Positions 54,965 through 64,000 of a DNA stretch of 64,000 nt are shown one piece after another. Both the position numbers and the translations under genes were made by a program. The notes under the pieces were generated by a model that made no database searches, had not been told where the DNA came from, and was given only the letters and a program-made list of their open reading frames with translations. The DNA comes from Neophaeotheca triangularis (taxonomy: Eukaryota), in assembly GCA_054600435.1 (NCBI GenBank), contig BAAIJX010000009.1:124001-188000 (forward strand), given 5' to 3'. Position 1 is the stretch's first letter. Each line of letters opens with the position of its first letter.

Positions 54965-55757
54965 TGGGTTTTCTTGCGGGTTTGCTGGTTGTGTGAGTGG
55001 GGGTGGGGGCCCGGGGAGGTAGATTTTGGCTATGAGCTTATGAGGTTACGTCTTTATGCGGTATTGAGCGTCTTTGCCGTGGGGTGTTGTGCTCGTCTGT
55101 TGATTGAGAGGTGTTTGTGAGTAGATCGGGATTTACGATACGAGTCGTAGCTTGCGTAATCTCGACTTTAATGCCATTGGGATAAACGCAAAAAGAAACT
55201 CCTCACGGGAGAAGAAACCACTCAGCAAAACTTCGGCAGCCGAAGGCTGCTTCTGCTTTTGCCGAGTGTGTAGAGCTGGGGACTGACACGGCGGTCTATC
55301 CCTCGAGAATAAGGGAGAGAAGATTAGTGGGAGGGGAAGTCTTTGGTTACCAGCCGCAAGACAGGTTTTTTTGATTCGACGTTCGGGCGCTGCTGGTACC
55401 CACGGAGTTTGCGACGAATCATGTATATGGTCTGCGTTCTTTTGCCCAGTGTCGAACGCTCTGATGGAATGGGAGATTGTTTCAACCTCACCTCAGGCAA
55501 AGTTCGCGACTTACCGGGGTATGGCTGGGTTGGAGCCTTGCTGGCCCATCTCCATTTCGTTCTGTACTACAAGCCCTAGATATCTATACTTACACTGGTG
55601 AGAACATATTATACATCCCAAGCACAAATCAACCCAGGCCAAGCCCGGTCTTTCAATTCGAGCCCACAGAACACCAGAACGCCAGCGCTCAAAACCTAGC
55701 CTAGCCCTCCGCCGATCTTCAGGAAGCAAAACCAGCACCACGTGAGGTTCCCAACAT

Positions 55758-57680
55758 CTAAATCACCTTATCAACCCACCTCGAAAACATGCCCTTCCCC
55801 AAAAAAGCCTCCTCCTCCTCCTCCCACTTCTTCCGCTCCATGCGCCTCCTCGCGCCAAAAGCCCTGACAAACTTCCACGCCTCGGCATCCGCCAGATTCC
55901 AAGCCTCGACCGCATCCCGGACCTTCGTCGCCTCTTTCGCACCGCCCATCTTCGCCTTGGCGCCCGCTCCCAACGCGATGGCTTTGCCTTTGACGACCTC
56001 CTTTGCCTTTGCAAGCAGAGCCTTCTCTACTTTTATTTCTTTTTCCGTAGGTGGGAGCACGCGGTCACCGAATTCGGCTTTCGGGGCCGGGGGTCTGGAG
56101 AACTTGCCGTCGTTATCGTTGCCGTGTGCGGAGCGGGGAAGCGCGAAGCCAAAAACCCAGTCCAGGTCGTCTTTGCTGACTTCGTTGTTGCGTTCGGCTG
56201 TTAGCCAGAGGGAGTGGCTGGCGCCGTGGTCCGAGGCTATGGCTTCCTTAAGGCTCGTGAGGCGCGCGTAGCTGCTGATGTTATTGCCCAGGAGCTCTTT
56301 AGTGGCTTGCATGATCCAGCTGTCGCGTTTGGTTTCGCGGCGGATGTACTTAATGTCGATGTTTTCGCGGGTCGAGGTGAGGGAGTTTAGGGTGTAGGGG
56401 TGCGGAACGGTGGCGATGGTGAAGAGGGTGCTGACATTGTGGAAGATTGGGGGGAGGGAAAGCGGGAGTGGGTGGTCTGAATCGCAGGGTTTGCACTTGG
56501 GAATGTTTGGCGGGCAGGATGCCGGAATGGGCGACTCCGGGCATTGAGTGAGGTTACGGGCGAGGTCGATGGCGGGATCGACGATGTTGGACGTGTGCTC
56601 TGGCAGGGGTTTAAGGACTTCGATGCCCTTGGAGAATTGGCTCTGCCAGGTTGTGTGGAGGTGAGAGTTAATAAGCGAAGGTAGCAAAGCAAGACCCTCT
56701 GCTTTTGTGGTCTTGTCCGACAACTTCTCTTTGACAAGAGGGTACTTGTTCATGATATTCTTGGTGCTGTAGAAAGCAATGCTCTTCGGCTCGGGGTCGA
56801 CTTGGAACGTCTTCTTGTCGACAGCATCGGCAATGTTCTTGACCTCTTTGATTTTCTTTGACTCCAACGCCTGTGAGATTGCTTTTTCGATATCATCCTT
56901 GCTGCCAACGTAAAGTCCAGTGTCCGTATTTTCAAATCGTGTGAGTGCGGGATACTCCCCCCTCCGCAAAAAGGTCAACAGAGGCTCATTCCACGGAGCC
57001 ATTGGCACCGCAAAGTAGTTGCACAGTATCCCAGTGCCCATATTACCCCAAGCAAGCCATCGCATAAGCTCCTTGGCGAACTCGTCTTCCAATTCCAAAC
57101 CTTGTAACGTCCTATACAGCGGATTGTTCATAGCCTCAGGACTGCCCAAAACGATCGGCTTGAAGCCCTTTGCCCACCAAGCCCTCCGCCAAATCGTTAA
57201 AAGCTCCAGCTCAATCTTTTTGACCTTGTCCTCTTTCTTCGCCGGGTCGTAGTACGTGTAGATTGGCTGCCTCAGACCCAGCGGCGGTAGAACGCTACGC
57301 TCCTCGTCGAGTGTTATGGAGCTGCTGAAGGGGTTCTGCAACCACTTCCAATCGCTGAACCACTTTGCTTCCCCGCTCGTCGAGTTGGCTTGCTCTGGTG
57401 GAGGCTTGTGCGCCGGTCCCAGGAATGGGTTGAGCCATGGGGGCGTATGTGGCAGCTGTTTCGGCATGCTGGGGAGATTTGGTATGCTCGGGAGGTGTTC
57501 GACGGCATCGTGTGCGCCTTGTTGCAGCTCTGGCCCGTAGGGTACTCTGCTCACATACTCGTTGGGCTCGGGGGAGCTTCCGAGGAAGATGAAGCTGAAG
57601 AGGAGGAAGAGGACGAGGGAGGTAACGATTTGGAGTCTTCGGGGAAGATAAGAGCATGGATTCAGCGTTCTCGGGGCCAT
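55758..57680 (-). CDS. Type II membrane protein, conserved fungal hypothetical (possibly glycosyltransferase-like)
   Basis: Intronless 640-aa ORF: short cytosolic tail, TM anchor IVTSLVLFLLFSFIFLGS, P-rich stem, then PIYTYYD..LLTIWRRAWWAKGFKPIVL..RWLAWGNMGTGILCNY and a Cys cluster CPESPIPASCPPNIPKCKPC. Confidence 0.8.
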   Translation of the reverse strand: MAPRTLNPCSYLPRRLQIVTSLVLFLLFSFIFLGSSPEPNEYVSRVPYGPELQQGAHDAVEHLPSIPNLPSMPKQLPHTPPWLNPFLGPAHKPPPEQANSTSGEAKWFSDWKWLQNPFSSSITLDEERSVLPPLGLRQPIYTYYDPAKKEDKVKKIELELLTIWRRAWWAKGFKPIVLGSPEAMNNPLYRTLQGLELEDEFAKELMRWLAWGNMGTGILCNYFAVPMAPWNEPLLTFLRRGEYPALTRFENTDTGLYVGSKDDIEKAISQALESKKIKEVKNIADAVDKKTFQVDPEPKSIAFYSTKNIMNKYPLVKEKLSDKTTKAEGLALLPSLINSHLHTTWQSQFSKGIEVLKPLPEHTSNIVDPAIDLARNLTQCPESPIPASCPPNIPKCKPCDSDHPLPLSLPPIFHNVSTLFTIATVPHPYTLNSLTSTRENIDIKYIRRETKRDSWIMQATKELLGNNISSYARLTSLKEAIASDHGASHSLWLTAERNNEVSKDDLDWVFGFALPRSAHGNDNDGKFSRPPAPKAEFGDRVLPPTEKEIKVEKALLAKAKEVVKGKAIALGAGAKAKMGGAKEATKVRDAVEAWNLADAEAWKFVRAFGARRRMERKKWEEEEEAFLGKGMFSRWVDKVI

Positions 57681-58356
57681 GGTGCTAGCAATGTCGAGCT
57701 CAAAGAACCAGATGTCCTAGGCTTGGGCGCAAAGCTACGGATTGAGCTCTGCCGATTCCCTCGTATTGTTCCAGTAGTATTGGACCATTGGGCTGTGAGA
57801 TCCGTACCTGGGTAACGTCTCGATTTGTTTCCTTGCCTATGGACGATAGTAAGTGGCGAGCATTGCAGTCAGGAGGTTGTGTTCATGTTCATAACCAGCA
57901 GCAGCCCGTCAGACGACGCGTTCACAGCCAATCAATCAGGGCCGAGCATGCGGCGCTTTCGATGTCTTGGCTTTCCCGCCATCTCCGCCATGAATACATA
58001 CAATACATGCTAGTACTTAACCTCGATGAAGGCGGGAGACATGATCAGACGTACCAGTATATATCTTGCACGTATTGCTGAGGGAGGTCGCGGTTCGGTT
58101 GTTGAGTGTAAATTTGACAAAATGGTATATTTGCGCGTCATGGCAGTTCACCACGAGCTGGCGAAAGCCGACAGGCTACCACAACGCCTGTGATTTCCGG
58201 CTCTATTGGTTTATCAGTAGAGTAATCCCGAAAAGATGCGCTACTACTAGAAGCACACCGACCGCCATTGCTTTCTTCTCACTCCATGCGCTACTTGGTG
58301 ACCAACCCCAACGCCTCGCTGATGTTGTAAAAAATAACCAATGTCTCATGCCAAAC

Positions 58357-59466
58357 CTAATACCCTCTCCCATAGGGCTGAGCGCCAGGAGTCATAGCCC
58401 CTCCACCATAGACACTCGCACCGCCACCGAACCCAGGCGTCTGATATCCCGGGTCTGCAGCCGGACCGCCTCCATATGCACTCTGCCCACCGTAAGCCGT
58501 CGCGTTCCCACCGTACTGCGTGGCCCCGCCCGCCCCATCCATGTCCATCGGACTCAACCCGCCATCCATCTGCTCCCCGCCTGACGCAAGCTCCTGAATC
58601 ACACCCGCAAGCTTCTGCTGCAAGACCTTGATCCCACTGTGCAGGATCTGATCCGGCGCCATGACTCCAGTACTCTCCACATCGACGTAGAACTGCTCCG
58701 GCTCAGCATGGTAGTTGAAGCCCTCCCCTTCCTGCGCCGGCTCTTCCCATCCCGCGTTCTTGCTCTCCGGCCACTCCGCCTTGACATCCTGCTCGTACCA
58801 CAGACTCGTATGCTTCAACTTGTTGTGGGGATCGTACTCAAAGCCTATCGCGGCCGAGGGTGCCCACTTCGCATGTTCCTTTGCTATGCCCTTCTTCGCG
58901 ATGCATCGGAGTCGTAGGTCCTGGCCTTTGCGCAGTTTGCATATCAGAGGGCCATTGCCACTGCCGTCCAGAACTATGGGATGGCCCCGAGGTGGAAGCT
59001 CGTCAAGCGTTGTGTCCCCGACTGCGCCGCCGCGTGTTGGCATGTAAGGGTCGCGCGCGGCGCTTGCGGAGTCTACCGTCAGGTCTTTGGCGTAGACGGG
59101 GAGATGGGCGTCCAAGCTACGGTTTTCGACATGAAGGCTGAGTACTACACTGCAGTTTTCGCAGTATTGGTCGCAGTCGCAGTCGCGGGTGTAGAGGAGT
59201 TCGTCGATGTCTTTGCTACTGAGGGGAACGAGGCCGAGACGGTGTGCGAGAAACTCGTCGGCAAGGACTGAGGTGTTAGATTCGATATCCACGAGGTCTA
59301 TGGCGAGAGTTGGGACTTCGGAGAGCATGACCCGCCGCAGGCTGTTGGCGAGTGAGAGAGAGGAGTGGGAGAGGACCAGGTTGAGGTGTGTGTTGTTGGC
59401 GTCACGGATGGTGATTTTGGGACCGACATCGCTGTCGTCCATGCCATTGTATGCATCATAGTCCAT
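58357..59466 (-). CDS. RPB3: RNA polymerase II subunit Rpb3
   Basis: ANSLRRVMLSEVPTLAID, NTSVLADEFLAHRLGLVPL, Zn site CDCDQYCENC, LICKLRKGQ, AKKGIAKEHAKWAP; intronless. Confidence 0.97.
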   Translation of the reverse strand: MDYDAYNGMDDSDVGPKITIRDANNTHLNLVLSHSSLSLANSLRRVMLSEVPTLAIDLVDIESNTSVLADEFLAHRLGLVPLSSKDIDELLYTRDCDCDQYCENCSVVLSLHVENRSLDAHLPVYAKDLTVDSASAARDPYMPTRGGAVGDTTLDELPPRGHPIVLDGSGNGPLICKLRKGQDLRLRCIAKKGIAKEHAKWAPSAAIGFEYDPHNKLKHTSLWYEQDVKAEWPESKNAGWEEPAQEGEGFNYHAEPEQFYVDVESTGVMAPDQILHSGIKVLQQKLAGVIQELASGGEQMDGGLSPMDMDGAGGATQYGGNATAYGGQSAYGGGPAADPGYQTPGFGGGASVYGGGAMTPGAQPYGRGY

Positions 59467-60064
59467 GGCTTCGTCTAAACTGGAGGCGAGAAGGGTAGGG
59501 AGTTCAGGCGATGATGCGGGCTGGTAGTGAAGTCGGAGGGTTATTCAAGTCGAGGTGGTCGAGCTCCAAAGTTGCAGCGCGAATGCGACACTAGCGCGTC
59601 TCGGCTGACTTGCCTTGTCGAGAGCTCCATCCCCAACTCTGACCCTTTCTGTCTGTCCGCATGGTGTTACAGCGGTCACGCAATGTGAGGCGGCTCAGAT
59701 TGTGAGGAGCGATGAGAAGGCATCATATTGTTTACTGGGCTTCATGCGTTGACTTGCCCATCTTCTCTGCGCAAGTTGTAGTTTCACGCCCTATAACTCG
59801 AACCCACACTTGCCTGAGAAGATGTTGAAGGTACCTTAAAGAACTAAAAGCGCGTGCAAGCCAAACAAACGATGTGACATAGCCGTGAAGCTTAACTATC
59901 AGGTCTTCATTAACGATCAAGGTATGCAAACTTCCATGGCGGAGGTTTTCACTCTTGTCTTCCCCGAAGAGTCTCACCAAGGACTTCACAATCTCATCTC
60001 GCTTCCGGCTACAGGAACCTACAGCATGTCAGCTAACAACCACCTCTCCGGCGTCCGAGAAGAC

Positions 60065-61830
60065 CTACAGAACAGCAGACAACCCAACAGCACCGAGCAG
60101 AGTACACACGCTTACAGCAAGTCTCCGAGCATCGCTGCTTGAATCTCCGCTAGCACTCGCACTGGCCGATTCCGTCGGCGGTGGAGGGGTGTACATTGTA
60201 GGAACGCCAGCCGTAGAGAAGAACTCCCCAGCTTCATCACCGAAAGGCACAGCAGTGATGGACGAGAGTACTGCAGCGCCAGACCACGTCACGGCTTCGT
60301 CGGAAGGCACGGCCGTGGTTAGCGTCAGCACTTCCTCGTACGTGGAAGCTGTTTGCAGCGAGGGAGGGCAATTGCCATAGGCGCTTGGTGGACAGCCTAA
60401 GCCTGTGTAAATGATTGTGGTCTCGGTTGTCTCGGTCTCGAGGGCTTGTCTCCTAGCCAGTGCGGAGGCGGAAGCGCTGGCGATGGTAAGTGTAGGAGTT
60501 GGAGAGGGGTCTCGCGACATTGCACACCGCGAGTCCATGGTGGTAAACCAGATGGCTGTGCGTGAACCAATGGCTGGCCCGTACGTGAGGTCATTGTAAT
60601 GAACCGTAGCTCCCGCGGTGGCACCGACGGCCACAGAGTATTCGTGGGCGAGTTGCAGCTGGCAATCTTCATTGTTGGAGTCGTAGGTGACATTGGTTGT
60701 AAACTCGGCGAGGTCGGCAAACACGCCCATCTCGATACCAGCACCGAATGACAAGCCCCCGGGAGTAATCTGGTCAAGCGTGCTGTTCTCCTCGCTACTC
60801 CAATGGTTCAATCTTAGACCCGCGTGCGCGCCCACACGGATGACGGCAGCAAGGACAATGCTACCGGACACGAGCTCGACAGGTAGAAACTCGAACTGCC
60901 CACCGTTGCTGCAAAGTCGAGCGCTAGTCAGTTGAGTCGAGCCAGGATGGAGGATTTATGCTGCTTACACCTGGAGTCCGGTCGACTCTTCCCCGAACAC
61001 AGCCATAGAAAAGCCTGCTCCATCGTTGAGTCTGAGATGCACACCGCCATTGAGCTCGATGCTACCCTCCACGGCGGCCAAGATGAGGTCGACTGTTAAG
61101 TAAGCTTGGACCTTGAGGGCATCTCCGATGCCACGGTCGAAACCGATAAGTTTCGGGACCAAAGGCATTGTGTAGGATGCGCCCGCCGCGATTCGAACGT
61201 TGAGATCAAGGTAAGCCTCAAAACCATCGAGGTTGAAGTTGAAATGAGCGGCAGGTTCTGGCGGTATGGAGATGTCCAGCTCGGGTACTGGTTGCTTCTC
61301 ATCCGAAAAGTATTCTTGTAACTCATCGACGGCAGTGTCGATTATCTCGTCAACTTTGTCGCTGATTCTATCAATGGTCGCTTCAAGGATGTCTGCGGGA
61401 TCAATGTCGAACTCGATCGTTGCGTTACCGATAACATAGCACGTCGTGCAGCGGATATCGATCGCCGCACCGGCACCGAGAACGCCAGACGGTGTATCCC
61501 ACGTTTTTGCTGCCCCCCTAGTAACTGTCAGCAATTAGTGCTCAGTAGTAATGATCGTTATGCTTACAGTCTGAGAATAGTCGTATCGATCCAGCTGCTG
61601 TCTAGGATGGTTACCGAACGGTAGTCACCATCTTCTTGGCTTGCATTGGACTGTCGCCTCATAAGACTCGCTTCCATTAGACCGCGCCGAATGGCATAGT
61701 GAGTGTCCTTGTCTGACTTTCCCGGTGCGTTGAGCGAGCGCACGGTGTCCTCAGGTGTCACTACGTGTGCGTAGCAGACGGCAAGGAGCAATGCCAGACA
61801 TAGCACACGGTGCAAGGCTTGAGAAGCCAT
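60065..61830 (-). CDS. Secreted GPI-anchored cell-surface protein (551 aa); exons 61830-61568, 61517-60969, 60908-60065
   Basis: Signal peptide MASQALHRVLCLALLLAVCYA; beta-rich domain with CTTCY and NGGQFEFLPV across the last intron; S/T-rich stalk; omega-like SSDA followed by a hydrophobic C-terminus. Confidence 0.85.
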
Positions 61831-63484
61831 CAGAGCGCGAGAAGAGCCGAAGTCGTCTTCTCAAATGACGAGGGGGTTAAATACAGGAGAAAAAGTGCAG
61901 CTTACTTGCGGCGACAAAGGAGGTCAAGAGGCAACAAGAGGACCTTTTATACACCTCGACCCAAGCCTCAGCCTGAAGATAGTTCAGGCCTCTGTGTCGC
62001 GGCCTTGAACAAAGTTGCATTGAGAGCGGTCCCGTTGATGCGCGAGGGAACGCCACCAACAGAACCGTCGCAAGTACCAGAGGGCAACATGCGCTCAAAA
62101 AAGGCGCCATGCATGCTGCGCAATGGAGTCGAGTTTTATCTGTAGTAGTGTGATCATGTCCTGATCCTTCTCGGGGTATCAGCTTCCAGTGTGGAGCCCG
62201 GGCCCCTGAGCCTTGTATGTTCCGTCCCTAGAGCACCGCCAGCCTGATTTCGTTGCCAGATTGAGCGATTGATGCTGACACGCAGATGTAGTGGGACGTT
62301 GTAAGATAGGACGACGTGTCAATCGAAGTTGATACTGAACAAAACCCCCAGCCTTGCAGGTCGACCGTAAGGAAGGATCAAATGAAGAATAGAGCTGGAT
62401 AGAATGTCCCCTGTTCAAGTGCCGGATGATATTGAAAGCAGCTTAATGCTACCATCACATAACAGCCATTGCTTGAAGGCGAGGTCTCGGGGTCATTTGA
62501 ATTCGGACATGGATCTTGCACTGCTGTGGTAGATACTGCCCTGATAATCGACAGAGCCAACCAAGACGAACCAAAGATAGCCTCAAAGATCAAGTGAAGT
62601 TATCCCTGTAAGGACAATTTGATGGTCCAGATGGCCCAGAGAGCCGGGACAAGCTGGCCTAAGCCTGCTAACAAACTCGCAGCCTCGCAGCGTACTTTAC
62701 GCTTCCGGTGAATAACAGTCCAAACAAGAGACCACAAAGTCGCTGAGAGTAACGCAGCCCAGGGATAGTACCAAAGCGCAAGACGGCTCGGCTGAGCGAC
62801 GCTTGCGATAAAGCCTCATATGGGCAACTAGAGCTCGTACTAGGCATGTACCGGCTGGATTATCAAGACCAGCGAGCTGAGTGCAAGGCTGCCTATGTAT
62901 AGAGGCACTTGCGGCCGAAGAGGCATGCTGGCAGTCGCTCGAGTCTTGGCGATTGTCAGGCGGTCTCGCTACATCGGGAGCGTCATGTGTCGGTCAGTTA
63001 TCTTCGAAGAGACTCGACAAGGCCAGTTGCATGTAGGATACGGTATACTGGATGAGGATGAGTAACGAGGTCTTTGACGCAACCTATGTAAGCAACGCAT
63101 CTGCGAGCTCAGCAGACGCCTGGCTGTAGTCTGAGGTGCGCGGAGATCTTCACAATCTCTCGGAGTCGGATTGCCGACAAGGATATGCCAACGACCCTGC
63201 TGGTCGTCTCGGACCGTGCGACACTGTCGAGGTCACAGGTTCCTGGAAGAAACGAGGTGAAGCTGACGTGAGCTTTCTGCGATAGTAGCGTGCCTTGGCA
63301 CGGCCGCCTTGGGTCTCACTCCTTCAGCGATGCTTGTTTCCTTTGTTGTCGTAGACGAAGCATACAACAACAGTATGCTTGCCAAAGCAGATATACTAGT
63401 AGGCAACATACTGCAAAATTCTGAAAGGAGGACAGTACAGCTTTCCAGAAGGTGCTCCCTCAACTCGCAAAACTCATCCTTCAC

Positions 63485-64000
63485 TCATGGCTGGACTTCC
63501 GCAGTAGCAACCCCAAGCGTACTATCAGCTTGCCCGAAGTACAAGAACCACTTCCCCTTGAATTGCACCAAACCCTCAGCGAATACCACCTGATCGACTT
63601 GTCCACTCTGCTCCTGCTGTCCGGTTGGCACAAGCATCGGCTTCTCGATTCTCGCAATAGGACCATCCATCAAAGCTGGCTGATACTCGCCCGGGATACT
63701 CGGGATGCTGAGATTGTTTGGTCTGAAACTACCAGAGGGATCTATAAGCATCTGGCCCACCGAGTATTGGTTCTGCGGGTACCCGATGCGTCCGGTCGTC
63801 ATGCCGTTGTAGACAAGTATCCAACGGCCGTCACGGGTTTTGATGGGGGCTGGGCCGGGTTCAATCAGCCTGTTCTCCCAGGGCAACAGTGGTGCGGCAA
63901 AATACTGTTCTGCTGGGAGCGTTTTCCAGTTGCGGAGGTCTGGCGAGGTGGCGTGGTAGAAGAAGCTGTCGCCCCAGAGCATGTGGTAGAGCCCGTCTGC
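63485..64000 (-). CDS. Glycoside hydrolase family 130 (beta-mannoside hydrolase/phosphorylase-like), C-terminal part; 5' end outside window
   Basis: Five-bladed-propeller-type motifs IEPGPAPIKTRDGRWILVYNG, YSVGQMLID, PIARIEKPML.P, GQVDQVVFAEGLVQFKGKWFLYFGQAD. Confidence 0.8.
   Translation of the reverse strand, partial: ADGLYHMLWGDSFFYHATSPDLRNWKTLPAEQYFAAPLLPWENRLIEPGPAPIKTRDGRWILVYNGMTTGRIGYPQNQYSVGQMLIDPSGSFRPNNLSIPSIPGEYQPALMDGPIARIEKPMLVPTGQQEQSGQVDQVVFAEGLVQFKGKWFLYFGQADSTLGVATAEVQP

Noticed and set aside
55221..55266. Small inverted repeat ctcagcaaaa...ttttgccgag between convergent genes
   Set aside because: Short and imperfect, with no MITE-like target-site duplication or second copy in the window.
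62179..63290. Stop-interrupted protein-like frames between the GPI gene and GH130
   Set aside because: No recognisable transposon or gene motif, and no terminal repeats or target-site duplication seen.
63233..63484. 83-codon ORF in frame immediately after the GH130 stop (possible readthrough extension)
   Set aside because: Stop context is TGA-G rather than TGA-C(TA), and the extension ends in RNL, not a canonical PTS1.

Overview
Gene-dense euchromatic DNA from a filamentous ascomycete (Pezizomycotina, most likely Dothideomycetes), judged from short GT-AG introns with CTRAC branch points and fungal-type proteins. I reconstructed about 26 protein-coding genes by hand-splicing. They include an nsdC-like C2H2 factor, KAR9, RFC5, ECM31/panB, ATG12, DBF4, a metacaspase, FMN1, ERT1/acuK, a 14-exon DHA1-type MFS transporter, a WW/FF splicing factor, PRE9, HMG-CoA lyase, an FMO-DUF6314 fusion, a PTH11-like receptor, a CUE/NPF protein, RPB3, a GPI-anchored protein, a partial GH130 and several hypothetical proteins. 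The strongest signals the ORF track misses are: (1) a highly structured ~340-nt H/ACA snoRNA, probably an snR37 homologue, at 49473-49813; (2) a 428-nt structured intron with a second, frameshifting 5' splice site in the riboflavin kinase gene, a candidate for regulated splicing; (3) an intron pile-up in the MFS gene in which two adjacent introns flanking a 10-nt micro-exon look homologous; (4) recurring C/A-rich to G/T-rich strand-skew flips that ignore gene orientation. I found no tRNA, rRNA, CRISPR array or intact transposon. All assignments come from reading the sequence and remembered family motifs; no database searches were run.
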